64,000 nt of DNA from Paraspadella gotoi (GCA_051294375.1 CM119263.1:3618785-3682784), one strand, 5' to 3'. Shown: positions 28,091 through 39,509, numbered from the stretch's first letter. The notes: generated from the letters alone by a model not told the origin. Program-made: numbers and translations.

Positions 28091-28949
28091 GNNNNNNNNN
28101 NNNNNNNNNNNNNNNNGATAGTAACCAAATATGACGCGATGTACAGTCTCGTAGAATAAACTATGCAGTTAAAAAAAAATTTCATTATTGATTTTTTAAT
28201 TTTTTATTGTTTCTCATCCTAGTCATTACTCCGTGAATGTTATGTATTAAAATTAATGCAAAATCTTTTAATGCTCTCAAGATACAGTTAAATACATAAA
28301 TGCCGTCAGAATTCAAACTAAAAAGAAGATTGTTATTCTATAATGTGGGAATAACATATCTCTTAAAAAACAATGCAGTCAGAATCTCCTTTGTTTAAGC
28401 TGTCGTTTGATATCAAAACTTTAAACTCTTGTCTGTCTATCTGTCTGTCTGTCCGTCTTTTCTCCCATACCTTTAAAGTCTTATTACTTATGTTTGGATA
28501 AATCAATTGAGTTGAAATTTGTCCGTGATTAAAAAACTGGTTCATTTGAGCTGGAATTCAAATTTCAACAGAATCAGGCTAGTGGAAGTAAGTTTAATTA
28601 GAAAAGTAAAGATCAATTTTTAGTTTATTAATTTAATTTGTATTTTATCTCGTACATAAATGGCGTCGCCATCGTCGGTGTTGGCGTTGTTGTCTGAGGG
28701 ACAGTTATTAAATATGTTTTGTTTACATTTTATCAAAAATAAACAAATTTCCTCATTTTATTATATATCTCTCTCTCTATTCTCTTTTAATAATATAGCT
28801 TCTCTTTTCTCTCTGCTGATCAGTTTTATTTGTCAATGAAAAAGTTTTCTCCTGCTGCTACTGCTGATTCGTCCGAAAACGATTTGGCCTCTCTTCTCTC
28901 TCTCGCAATATCAGTTTTTATTTTCGTTCTTTTTTCTCGTCACTCTTTT

Positions 28950-29420
28950 TATTTTTGCTCGGATCTGCGTTCAGCAGATCCCGACTTTATAATTTACTTT
29001 GTCGGTCCGTCGGTCCGCCCACTCAATCTTGACGGGCATTCACTTATATCATGTCAGAACATCAAATTATGATAAATTATCAAAAAAAAAATGATGTCCG
29101 TCCGTCCGTCCCACCTTAACAAAAATACAAATTACTCGTGATTGGATGGATGTGTGTGGGTAGGGAAGTGTGTGTGCTTGAGCTGGATATAAAGTTTTGA
29201 TGAATCGTCCGAGTGGAAATGAGTTTTAATGGAAAAAACAAAAAAATATATTTCACTATTTGATGGGAGCTTGACCTGAAATTTTGTATGTGGGTAGGAA
29301 AGTGTGTGATTAAACTGGAAATCAAGTTTTGATGGAATCGTTGGAGTGGAAATGAGTTTTTAAATGGAAAAACCAAAGAACCTGTTTTACTAATTGATTA
29401 TGCTTCTTTTTCTTTTTATT
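28950..29420 (-). mobile_element. Inverted copy of the terminal part of the 16575-19490 HINE-like family
   Basis: tttttgctcggatctgcgttcagcagatcccgactttata, gtcggtccgtcggtcc and tgtgggtaggaaagtgtg blocks complementary to 18340-19490. Confidence 0.7.
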
Positions 29421-29439
29421 TTAAAAGTAAATTCAAGAT

Positions 29440-30090
29440 GAATTAATTATAAAAATTATAATCAGTTAATTAATCAATTAGTCAATTAATTTATCAATTA
29501 TTAATTAATCAGTCAATCAATCAAAACAAACATTTGGAGCAATTAATTAATTGCCTAATTTAATTAAATAATTACTTGAATAATATAATTATTAATTAAT
29601 TAAATAATTAATTAACTTGAATTAATTATTAATTAATTATTAATTAATTATTAATTATTAATTACCGATAATAACCATGGGCAAATCCGACTTGAATACA
29701 AGATGTTATTAATTAATCAAATAATTAATCAGTTAATTAATCAATTAGTCAATATAATTTATCAATAATTAATTAATCAGTCTATATATAAATCAAAACA
29801 AACATTTCAAATCAATAACTTGAATAAATTAATTATTAAATATTAAATAATTAATCAACTTGAATTAATTATTAATATTAACTTGAATTAATTATTAATA
29901 ATTAATTATTAATTAATTAATGACCATGGGCAGATCCGACTTGAAATACAGATGTATTAAATAATCAAATAATTAATCAGTTAATTAATCAATTATATTA
30001 TTCAATAATTAATTAATCAGTCAATTAATCAATTTATTGTTCAATAAATCAATTATTTATCTATAATTAATTATTTAATCAATCAATCAA
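29440..30090. repeat. Extremely AT-rich (TTAA/AATT) minisatellite with a ~300-bp higher-order repeat
   Basis: accatgggca(a/g)atccgacttgaataca occurs at 29674 and 29923. Confidence 0.85.
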
Positions 30091-31379
30091 GTCCATTTCA
30101 ATATCTTTCTTATCTGATGTCTCTGGTTACGAAAAAAAAAAATTTGTGGTAGCCTCGAACGTGCAACCTTCGCATCTTAAACAAACAATCAGAATTCTCT
30201 CTCTTACTTTGGCTCTTTTGCTCTCACTCTTTTGCCTCACTCTTTCTCTGTCGCTTTTTCTTTGTTTCTGCATCAATTTCAGAACTTTTGCTTACTTACT
30301 CAGCCTTGTTTGGTCATAAACATGTCCAATTCACCTTTCCATTTCTTTTGTTATATTGACAATAATTATCATTTCTATAATTATAGTCTTTGATACATTA
30401 AAAAATAATTCTTTTCAATGTTATAAGAGAAAAAACTTATTAATTTTTTTTAATATAAAAAACATTACAGTATTATTATTAAAAGTATGATTCATAAAAA
30501 TTAATTGCAAATGATCACAATAACATAAGATAGAAAAACTGTCCTCCATATCCCCCTTGAATACTTATGGAACTAAATAAAAAAAAAATAAAAAACAAAA
30601 AATTTAAAAAAACTTTTCAGACCATGCTCACGAAGAATTATAATTTTGCATAAAAAAATAAATAAAAAAAAATAAAACATCAGATTGTGACAAATCGATT
30701 GGTGAAAAATCTGATTTTTTTTAAATGCAAAATTATTTCTCAAGTTCCTTATTTATAATTCTCCATGAGACAAATGTTTTTTTCTAAAATTTAAATATTC
30801 AACTTTTTAATTAATTAAAAATCATTTTAGTTTACTAACTTTAAAATATTTTTATAAAAATTTATACCTAAAGTTCTAAGAAGATGCTTTTCCCAAAAAT
30901 GTCTCTTAGATCTTTCTTAAAACGCCAAACAAGTCACAGCCACAAAAATAAATACCAAAACTAGAGAAAAAGCATATTGTTTTGTCATTCTGATTTAGAG
31001 ATATTTGGTTGATTGTTATGCCTTAAATTTCCTTTAAATGAAAAAATAATAGGTTTAAAAGATAGCTCTTGATCTCTAGTAATAAATTGAGTTTGAATAT
31101 AACTTTTTTTAATGAGCAAGTTTAACCCAGATCAATTACAATAACAATGGTAAAGATATTTTGTACCATTTTAAGCAACTTTTAGCCTGATTTTTTACAT
31201 ATTTTGATTATCGTTTGCGATCTTACTGATGAAAAACAGTCATGGTAAAGAGGCCTATGTTCGTTCGAATATAAGGCATATGTAGTAATCAGACCAGAAT
31301 AAAATTTTTGGTCACAAGGTAAAGAATTTTGCATGGAAATAGCGTGAATAAAATTTTCCACGAGACTGTGCACCGCGAC

Positions 31380-31600
31380 ATATTGATGCGATGATAACCA
31401 CAAATATTGATTGGATTGGATATAACAAATATTGACGCGATGATAACCAATAATTGATGCGATGATAACAAATGACTGATGTGATGATAATCAAATGATT
31501 GATGCGATGATAGTCATTCATTGATATGATGATAATAATTCATTGATACGATGATAGTCATTCATTGATGCGATGATAGTGGATTCATTGACGCGCCTGA
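31380..31600 (+). repeat. ~23-bp minisatellite (ATTGATGCGATGATAACCAAAT)
   Basis: About 9 head-to-tail units with no spacers; part of a dispersed repeat. Confidence 0.88.
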
Positions 31601-34209
31601 ATCATTTCATCGTAAATAAAACAAACAAATGCGTGTGATGAGTGGAAAGATGAAGAGAGAGAGAGAAGAGAGAAGAGAGGAGACTGGACCAGTATTTCCC
31701 GCCAACGAAACGCATTATTAGGTCTCTCTCTGTTTATGTAAAGAATAATCAGAATTTTTTAGAAAAAAAATCCACGAAAATCTCGGATGTAAATTTGGTG
31801 ATTTTTGTATTGAGAAAAAAGCGCGGAAATTAAATGGCGATAATAAAAAGTTTTTTAGAAGGAAAAAAAAAGGAGAGAGAGGAGAGAGAGAAGGGAGGAG
31901 AGGGAGAGGAGGAGAGAGGAGAGAGAGAGAAAGAGGAGGGAGAGTGAGAAAGAGAGAGAGAGAGAGGTTTTCCCACCACAGAGACGCATTATTAGGTCAC
32001 TCTCGTTTATATCGGTTATCCGTTGCCTCGCAACGTGCGCGTCGTGAAATTGGGTCTATGTGATTTTTTTTTTTATACACGTACGCGTTATTAGGTCATG
32101 TTCCTCGAATTGTTTACTTGTTGCTCCCAACGACCGAAATCTAGGATTAAGTAAGTTTATTGTATTTTGGGATTTGGTTGAGATAAAATAATAAATGGCG
32201 ATAATAAAAGTTTTTAGAAGGAAAAAAATCCACGAAATCTCGGAAATAAATGGCGATAATAGAAAGGAAAAAAATAAAGAGAAAGAGGAGAGAGACGAAG
32301 AGAGAGAAAGAGAGAAAAAGATTGTTCTTTTTTTAGGGAAGCAAACCAGACGAGGTCAAATTTAATTTTGCATATTTAATTAATTATAAATAGTTATCAC
32401 AACTCAAATAATTTTATTATAAAAAAAGTTAAAAATGATTAAATATTACACTAAAAATATTTATAAATTTAATAAAGTACAATTATCAGAATAACAAAAA
32501 AAGTAATGTTTAATTTGACTATATCTTCTCTTATCAACCTCCTATTTTAGATATAATTTGCCAATTAGTGGGCCAACCGGTCCAAAGTTGCAATAATAAA
32601 TAAAAACACAAAAATTTTTTTTTTTTATAATTGTGGATGCATGCAATTATATTCTTCTGGCGAAAGTGCCTGCATATATTATAGTCACATTAGCTGATTT
32701 ATATGAACATATCATTATTAGTTATTCTACATTTTTTTAAAAAAATATATAAGAGACTGAGAGAGAGACGAGAGAGAGTTAGAGAGAGAGAGAGAGAGCA
32801 GAGAGGAGAGAGAGAGAGAGAGAAAGAAAAAGAAAAACCGAATTCGTTCAATTATATCTCAGATATTAAATTGGGGAATTTGTATTGAAAACAAAAGCGC
32901 GAATAAATGGCGTAATAAAAGTTTTGAGAAGGAAAAAATAATCAGAAATTTTTCAAAAAACGAACGATCCGTACAGAGTAGAGACAGAAAAGACAGAAAG
33001 AAGAGAAAGAGAGACAGAAAGAGAAAAAGAGAGACAAAGAGAAGGAAATGAAAGAGAAAGCTGAAGCCAGTCTGACACATCACTGCAGAACCTGGACTTC
33101 GGTTTTTAAGGGCATTCAGAAAAGCAGCAACTCGACAAATATAGAAAGAAAATTCTATATATAATTTAAAGAAATAAAAGAAGGCAAAAAATATGTAACA
33201 ATTGTTACAATTGCGAAATTTTTCCATTTTTGCCAATCGCAGCTAAAGATTATTTGATTTTAGAAAGTTCTTAAAAAATCCTTTGAGTTCCCATTTTTAT
33301 TAAAAATTAAAACAAATTTTTTGAATTTTCATCTTCAATATTATATACTGCAATATGTAAATTAGATTAAAGCATTTCTATATACTAATTTGCATATTAT
33401 AAGGAGTCTTAATCTCATTTGCATATTGCAGTAAATCATAATTGAAGTGGAAATTCAAACAAAAAATACTTAAATCCAAATTGTAATATGAAATATCACA
33501 GCTATTTCAAGATGAAAAGCCTATATCTAAATTTTTTAACTTACTATGATCGCACACTTTTTGTAAAACTTTATCATAATTCATAATAATTTTATTTTTA
33601 AAAAAAACGGTAAATCACAGCCAAACCTATAAAAGCGTAGAGTAGTTTTTATATATGAAAACAGCGTGACTGACGACGACGACCACGACCGACGACTACG
33701 TCACAAAGAAGCAACCCTAAAACATTATAGAGCCTGACCCGGCTTCGCCGGTCAAGGCTCGATAAAAGAGAAGCGGACTCGTGGTGTCCAAAAGCTCTTT
33801 ACACAATTTTATACTCTGCCATAACAAGGTCATTCATGGTCGGATATTATCAGGTTCATTCTACTGACCACTACGGGTCGTCTTCGTCGTCGCTGTTCAA
33901 ATCATTTGCGTTCCCAATAGCTGAGACCAAAATCTTACTCTCTGATCCATTATTTGATAATTTTGAATTAAAAAACGATAAGTTTTTCGAACACTAAATT
34001 TTGAAAATTAAAATGACAAATTTTTTTCCCACTTTTTCAATATTTGACTTTCCTCTTTTACTGTGTTTCTTATGTGTTGTGGCAAAGAATAAGAAGACGT
34101 TTTGAGTTAAGTTTTTGTTATTGTAATCATGTGTGTTATATTTTGAAACTATTCGGACTATACTTCTATACCTTGTGGTATAATCGATTCTTTTCGTTTG
34201 GTGTAATAA

Positions 34210-34405
34210 TTATTAGAAAGTTTGAAATGAATTTTCAAAACGATTTTATTTTTAATAAAAAACGGACATGTTTCGGCTTAACTACAGCCTTCATCAGCAT
34301 CTAATGCTAATCTAATGCTGATGAAGGCTTGTAGTTAAGCGAAAATGTCCGTTTTTTATTAAAAATAAATCGTTGTTGTAAATTCATTTCAAATTTTTCT
34401 AATAA
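34210..34405. mobile_element. Palindrome with two opposed minimal hammerhead motifs (noisier copy)
   Basis: Same as 35192-35393 with single-base deletions; motifs at ~34261-34301 (-) and ~34314-34353 (+). Confidence 0.7.
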
Positions 34406-35244
34406 ACTTTTATACCATAAATAGGGGGAGACTAACTCAGTAAGTGTGGTAAGAAATTTTGAATTAAGCACCTGCGCTCAAACGAAAATTTAGACATTTT
34501 TTATAAAAAATTTTAATAGACAATTTTTTTTTAATATTACTCCATAATCCATATATTAATTTTTTAAAATTTATTTATAAATTAAGAAAGGCTTAATAAA
34601 GTTTTTTGGGATTTTTGGATTTTAAGATCAGAGTTCAGGTAGCTTGCAAAAAAGTTGTCTGACAAAGTATAATTCTTTTTTCAATTTTTGATCTTAAGTG
34701 TGTGATAAAATTATGAAAACTTATTTATAATCATCATCATTATCATTTTTCGATATTTTATTACTTTTTCTTAATTTTGACCAAGAAAACATTATATTTT
34801 TGAAAGTTGTAGTTTAAATTTTTTATTTATCTCTCTCTTTTTTTGACCACTACGGGTCGTCTTCGTCGTCGCTGTTCAAATCATTTGCGTTCCCAAAATA
34901 GCTGAGACCAAAATCTTACTCTCTGATCCATTATTTGATAATTTTGAATAAAAAACGATAAGTTTTCGAACACTAAATTTGAAAATTAAAATGACAAATT
35001 TTTTTCCCACTTTTTTCAATATTTGACTTTCCTCTTTTACTGTGTTTCTTATGTGTTGTGGCAAAGAATAAGAAGACGTTTTGAGTTAAGTTTTGTTATT
35101 GTAATCATGTGTGTTATATTTTGAAACTATTCGGACTAATAACGTTCTTATTGACCTTGTGGTATAATCGTTTCTTTTCGTTGTGTAATAATTATTAGAA
35201 AAGTTTGAAATGAATTTTCAACAACGATTTTATTTTTAATAAAA

Positions 35245-35286
35245 AACGGACATGTTTCGGCTTAACTACAAGCCTTCATCAGCATC
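35245..35286 (-). ncRNA. Minimal type I hammerhead ribozyme
   Basis: Reverse complement reads gatg-CUGAUGA-a-ggcuu-guaguu-aagcc-GAAA-cauGUC-cguu. Confidence 0.78.
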
Positions 35287-35298
35287 TAATGCTAATCT

Positions 35299-35340
35299 AA
35301 TGCTGATGAAGGCTTGTAGTTAAGCCGAAACATGTCCGTT
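35299..35340 (+). ncRNA. Minimal type I hammerhead ribozyme
   Basis: aatg-CTGATGA-a-ggctt(gtagtt)aagcc-GAAA-catGTC-cgtt: intact core, 5-bp stem II, palindromic ACATGT in place of stem III, 4-bp stem I; predicted cut after 35336. Confidence 0.8.
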
Positions 35341-36452
35341 TTTTATTAAAAATAAAATCGTTGTTGAAAATTCATTTCAAACTTTTCTAATAACTTCTAT
35401 ACCATAAATAGGGGGAGACTAACTCAGTAAGGTGGTTAAGAAATTTGAATTAAGCACCTGCTCAAACGAAAATTTAGACATTTTTTTAAAAAATTTTAAT
35501 AGACAATTTTTTTTAATATTACTCCATAATCCATATATTAATTTTTTAAAATTTATTTATAAATAAGAAAGGCTAAAAATTTTTTTGGGATTTTTGGATT
35601 TTAAGATCAGATTCAGGTAGCTTGCAAAAAGTTGTCTGCACAAAGTATAATTCTTTTTTCAATATTTTGATCTTAAGTGTGTGAAAAATATGAAAACTTA
35701 TTTATAATCATCATCATTATCATTTTTCGATAATTTTATTACTTTTTCTTAATTTTGACCAAGAAAACATTAATATTTTTGAAAGTTGTAGTTAAATTTT
35801 TTATTTAACATTTATGCTCTCTCAGAATCCATAAAAAAGTTAAGATTTATTAAAAAAATTTTTTATCATAATATAGTAATATTGTAATTTTAATAGCAAC
35901 AATGAAAGCATTAAAATCAAACTTTTTTTAAAAATTATTTTTTTACCTAAAGTAGACTTCAAGACTAAAGTTTTGAACCCCCGCCCCTATTGAATTTAAT
36001 TTCATAGTAGATTTCTACCATAAATACCAAAAATAAAGAAAAAGTATTTTGAAAAAAAATATTTTGAGCATTGAGAATTTTAGATCTGGAATAGGGTACG
36101 AATTTAACATTTTCCAAAAAAATTAGCTTGTAGCTATTTGATATTGCTAAATGTTTTTTATTTTAACCCTGAGAATTTTATTGTGCCAATTCTCTTACTG
36201 AATATTATTTTGTCAATAGTTTTTTTGAAATTCTGTTAACATGGCCAAGTGAAGATCGAACCTGAAATTTATCTTGAATTGCAAAAATGTAAATAATATA
36301 ACAGGCCCAAAATTTCATTCCTTTTTTTGAATTCTTTGATTTCACAACAAAGTGGTTCATTTAAAAGTCATTGTAATTTTATTCCTTCGCGCATTCCCTC
36401 ATTTTTCACTCGATCTCGAATTCTTTTCCTACGAAAAATTCCATCCTCCACT

Positions 36453-36886
36453 GTCCCGAACTTCGGGCTGTAGTCCGTCACTAAAGGTGGGTTAGACGCC
36501 CCGTCGCACTTTCTTGTGTTGAGTCAGCAGGGTGGGAGGAGCTCGTGCTACCTACCTCCGGCGCCATAGGTGCTGCTGATTCTCGGACGAGTAACGGGGT
36601 ATGAAATACTACCGCTACACATCCCCCCTAGGCATCACACAACCGCGCAAGTGTGATGGCTATGATGCTCGCGTTGTGCCCAAGTACTCCTAGGAGGGGC
36701 TGCCTATTCCTGCTCCCGTCTTCACACACGATAATCAAGGGAAGAGGTGTGTTACCATGCCAGCGTGTTCGTGTGGGCTCACCAATGAGAAAGACGATAC
36801 CGCGAGCAGTTTACCGTCCGTTGAACACAAGGTCCCGAACTTCGGATCGGGCTGTAGTCCGTCACTACAGGTGGGTTAGACGCCCC
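36453..36886 (-). mobile_element. Candidate twister-ribozyme retrozyme / circRNA copy: 384-nt unit with ~50-nt direct terminal repeats
   Basis: GC-rich island in AT-rich DNA; repeats at 36453-36502 and 36832-36886; many internal hairpins; twister motif in the repeats. Confidence 0.62.
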
Positions 36887-36889
36887 ATC
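36824..36889 (-). ncRNA. Twister ribozyme-like motif (3' part intact; the 5' part is supplied by 36494-36520 on circularisation)
   Basis: Minus strand reads GA-UGGG-GCGUC-U|AA-CCC-AC-C-[UGUAGU gacgg ACUACA]-G-[CCCGA UCCG-AA-GU UCGGG]-AC-CUUGUGUU. T1 is UCCG:(C/U)GGG, T2 is AC:GU and P5 is AACACAAG:CUUGUGUU; P2 pairing is imperfect. Confidence 0.65.
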
Positions 36890-38576
36890 ACCGTTTTTTT
36901 TTATGTCTACATAGTAAAGCGTAGTGAAAGTCACAAATGAAAATTCTAATTGTTAATTATGAACAACGTACTACAAGTGAACATAAATTTATAAAAAATT
37001 TCAATTTTCGCATTAGGGTATATTTACATATCTTAAGAAATCCTAAAATTTCAAAATGGACTTTTTAATTTTTATCTTTTATCAGTTGGGAACCCTTCAT
37101 GGATTTCGGCTCATTAATTCCAATATCAAGGTAGAGGCGAGCCATCACCAAATGGTATTCCTGCATATTTTTTTAAAGATATATTTTTATGTTTATGTTA
37201 AACAGCCCATTATTAAGATTAAGGAAATTTATTAAGGTTTTGTAAATAATTTGTAATTGGTAATTTTGTAGATTGTAATTTTTAAATAATTTAAACTAGT
37301 TGTTAAATAATTGGTTAAGTTAAAATTAAGTTAACTAATAAAAGTTCAATAATAAGTTAAATCAAAAAGTTAAATAATTTTTTACATAATGTTATTGATA
37401 TTGTTATTAATATTATTTAAAATGGTTTAATTTTTTTATTTTTTATTTTTATTGGGAATTATCATGTTAAGTTAAATTTAAACTTTTTACTACGCTTTAC
37501 TGCATACACTACGTCACGCTAATTTTCATCGCGTTCGTTCGCGAGTAACACCATAAAAATCTTTACTTTAAATATTTTATAAATATATTTTATAAGTATA
37601 TCATTAATTTGAGAACTACTACTACTACTTTAATTCAATTACTATTCTATGTTTATTTTTTTATCTAGCAGTAAAATTGGCGAAAAAAGACAATTTTAGA
37701 CGTGTTATTGATTTCATTAAAAAAATTTTACATCATGAAAAATCCCTATTAATGGTCTAATCAATGGCGTATCTGAATTATAGTAATGTTTAGAAATGTT
37801 TGAGTAATGATTTTTTATTTATTTTTTTAATTGTAAATCTTGATAATCTATATAATGCTTCATCTACTGGTGTAAATAAATTTTAATAATTTTAAGTAAT
37901 TCATGAGTAATGATTTTATTAATGATTTTCTTTTTTTTAAAGATTTATTTTTTTACTGAAGATGAGAGGAAAAAAAAAATTCAATGAGAAATGGTACATA
38001 TTTTTTGGGTGTCGCTCGCGACGGACACAGGCTATTTTTCGAATATAATAATCATCGTTTAACAGACAAAATAAACTGGAATGCAACTTGATCTAAAATA
38101 CGGAACCGAATATTAAACAATGAAATACTACTGTCAACAAGCAAATTTGGATTTAGCATCTGGAACATTTTAATGAATTTACGTAGGTTTGTTCTCACAA
38201 AAACTTCATTAATTTTAGATTCACGAGTTCGTTCGAGAATATTAAATTAAAATATATTATTATTTGTTTATATTATTATATTTATTTATATTCATTATTA
38301 TTATAATATTATTATATTATATTATTATCTTTTATATTACAATGCGACCATGATCGCAAATGCTACATCACAAAAGTTTTATTTACAAATGTGGGGAATT
38401 CCACGTTTTACTGTTTGTTATGGATATGATTTGACTGTTCTAGTTTAACCTTGTGAGACTGTTTCTTCTAACTGTATGAACTTCGTGTTGCTGTTATGAG
38501 TTGAGAAAATGATTGTTGTGGAATGTGGCGCTCGTGTTATGGTTATGACTCAACGGTTGACGACGAATGATGAAAT

Positions 38577-39509
38577 TCATCTACGCTGTTGCTGGACTTG
38601 CTGCTGTCGCCAACGCTTCGCCGCCCCCACTCGCCTCTCGATGACTCGGATGCGTTGATTAACCATTAACTCTTCAGTTTTCGTCGTCGGAAGACGAACG
38701 AACCCTTTTGGGAATCTAAATGCATTAAGCATAAAATAACCGAGGTTGTTGCAATTTACGTGCACGTGGTCGACGGAATGAAAAAGCTTGTGGGCAAAAT
38801 CCCCGACCGGCGCCTGGACCGCACCCAGATCTTTTTGCATCGGAGGGACGCCGCGGCAGCAAATCAAGAAATTGAGGCTTGGTTGCTCGAAAACCTGCGG
38901 GACTCGGGCATTTGTCGTCGAGGCTAGCGACGCTGGGAATCTGGGCGCCGCGGGTTGAGGCAACAGGTCCGGCGTCACCTCCGGCTGCGGAGGGATGTCG
39001 GCGACGATAGCCGCCAGTTTGATAATGTCGTCGACCCCCGACGAGTTTGGTAGCGGCTTCGCCGGGGCGGCGGGCGCCGGTCTGCTCGCGCCGCTCGGAA
39101 TAACGTTTTCCTCAGCGAAGAACCGGTCGAGTTCCGAGTCAAGATCGTCAGGAGCGGCGTTGGGAACAAAAGCGGCATTCACAGGCGGCGCCGCCTGGGG
39201 GACCGGCGTCGCCTGGTGTTCGCTGCTATTCAGGACATCATTTTCTCTAAAGAAAACGTCGAGTTCCTCATCCAGTTCGTTGCGAACCGGATTGGCATCG
39301 GGCGAGGAAGCCACGGCAACTCGAGGCTTCTTCTGAGCGGGAGATTCCGGAGACGAATCAGGACCTCGTTTCTTGCAGCTCTTCTGTGTGGGTGTGTTTG
39401 AACTTGCGGTGGATGTTGGGGAAATGGATGTTGGTTGGTGCCCAAACCAAAAGGGCACCTCGAGGAGGTCCTGGCTCCAGGTAAAGGAAACAGAAGTGGT
39501 GCTCTCCAT
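38577..39509 (-). CDS. Intronless 310-aa orphan protein: disordered Pro/Ala/Ser-rich, NLS-like motif, two acidic motifs, small C-terminal domain
   Basis: Uninterrupted GC-rich ORF in AT-rich flanks with ATG start; AATAAA at 38378-38383 (-); promoter motifs upstream. Confidence 0.8.
   Translation of the reverse strand: MESTTSVSFTWSQDLLEVPFWFGHQPTSISPTSTASSNTPTQKSCKKRGPDSSPESPAQKKPRVAVASSPDANPVRNELDEELDVFFRENDVLNSSEHQATPVPQAAPPVNAAFVPNAAPDDLDSELDRFFAEENVIPSGASRPAPAAPAKPLPNSSGVDDIIKLAAIVADIPPQPEVTPDLLPQPAAPRFPASLASTTNARVPQVFEQPSLNFLICCRGVPPMQKDLGAVQAPVGDFAHKLFHSVDHVHVNCNNLGYFMLNAFRFPKGFVRLPTTKTEELMVNQRIRVIERRVGAAKRWRQQQVQQQRR

Larger units (their letters stand above)
35192..35393. mobile_element. 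Inverted pair of Penelope-like pLTR 3' fragments (94-bp arms, 14-nt spacer)
   Basis: Arms 35192-35285 and 35300-35393 are reverse complements; each has a hammerhead motif followed by AATAAA. Confidence 0.7.
33865..35810. repeat. ~980-bp tandem duplication (33865-34830 / 34844-35810)
   Basis: Both units start tgaccactacgggtcgtcttcgtcgtcgctgttc. Confidence 0.9.

Noticed and set aside
31380-31600. CRISPR-like array (also 41300-41520, 17790-17920, 45538-45922)
   Set aside because: Head-to-tail units with no unique spacers, no cas genes and a eukaryotic context
36453-36886. TRIM / mini-LTR retrotransposon interpretation
   Set aside because: The repeats lack shared TG..CA ends, and no PBS, PPT or TSD is visible; the twister motif explains the repeat better
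36653-36940. 95-aa ORF over the twister unit
   Set aside because: Non-ATG start in the track, runs out into AT-rich flank, no protein-like features
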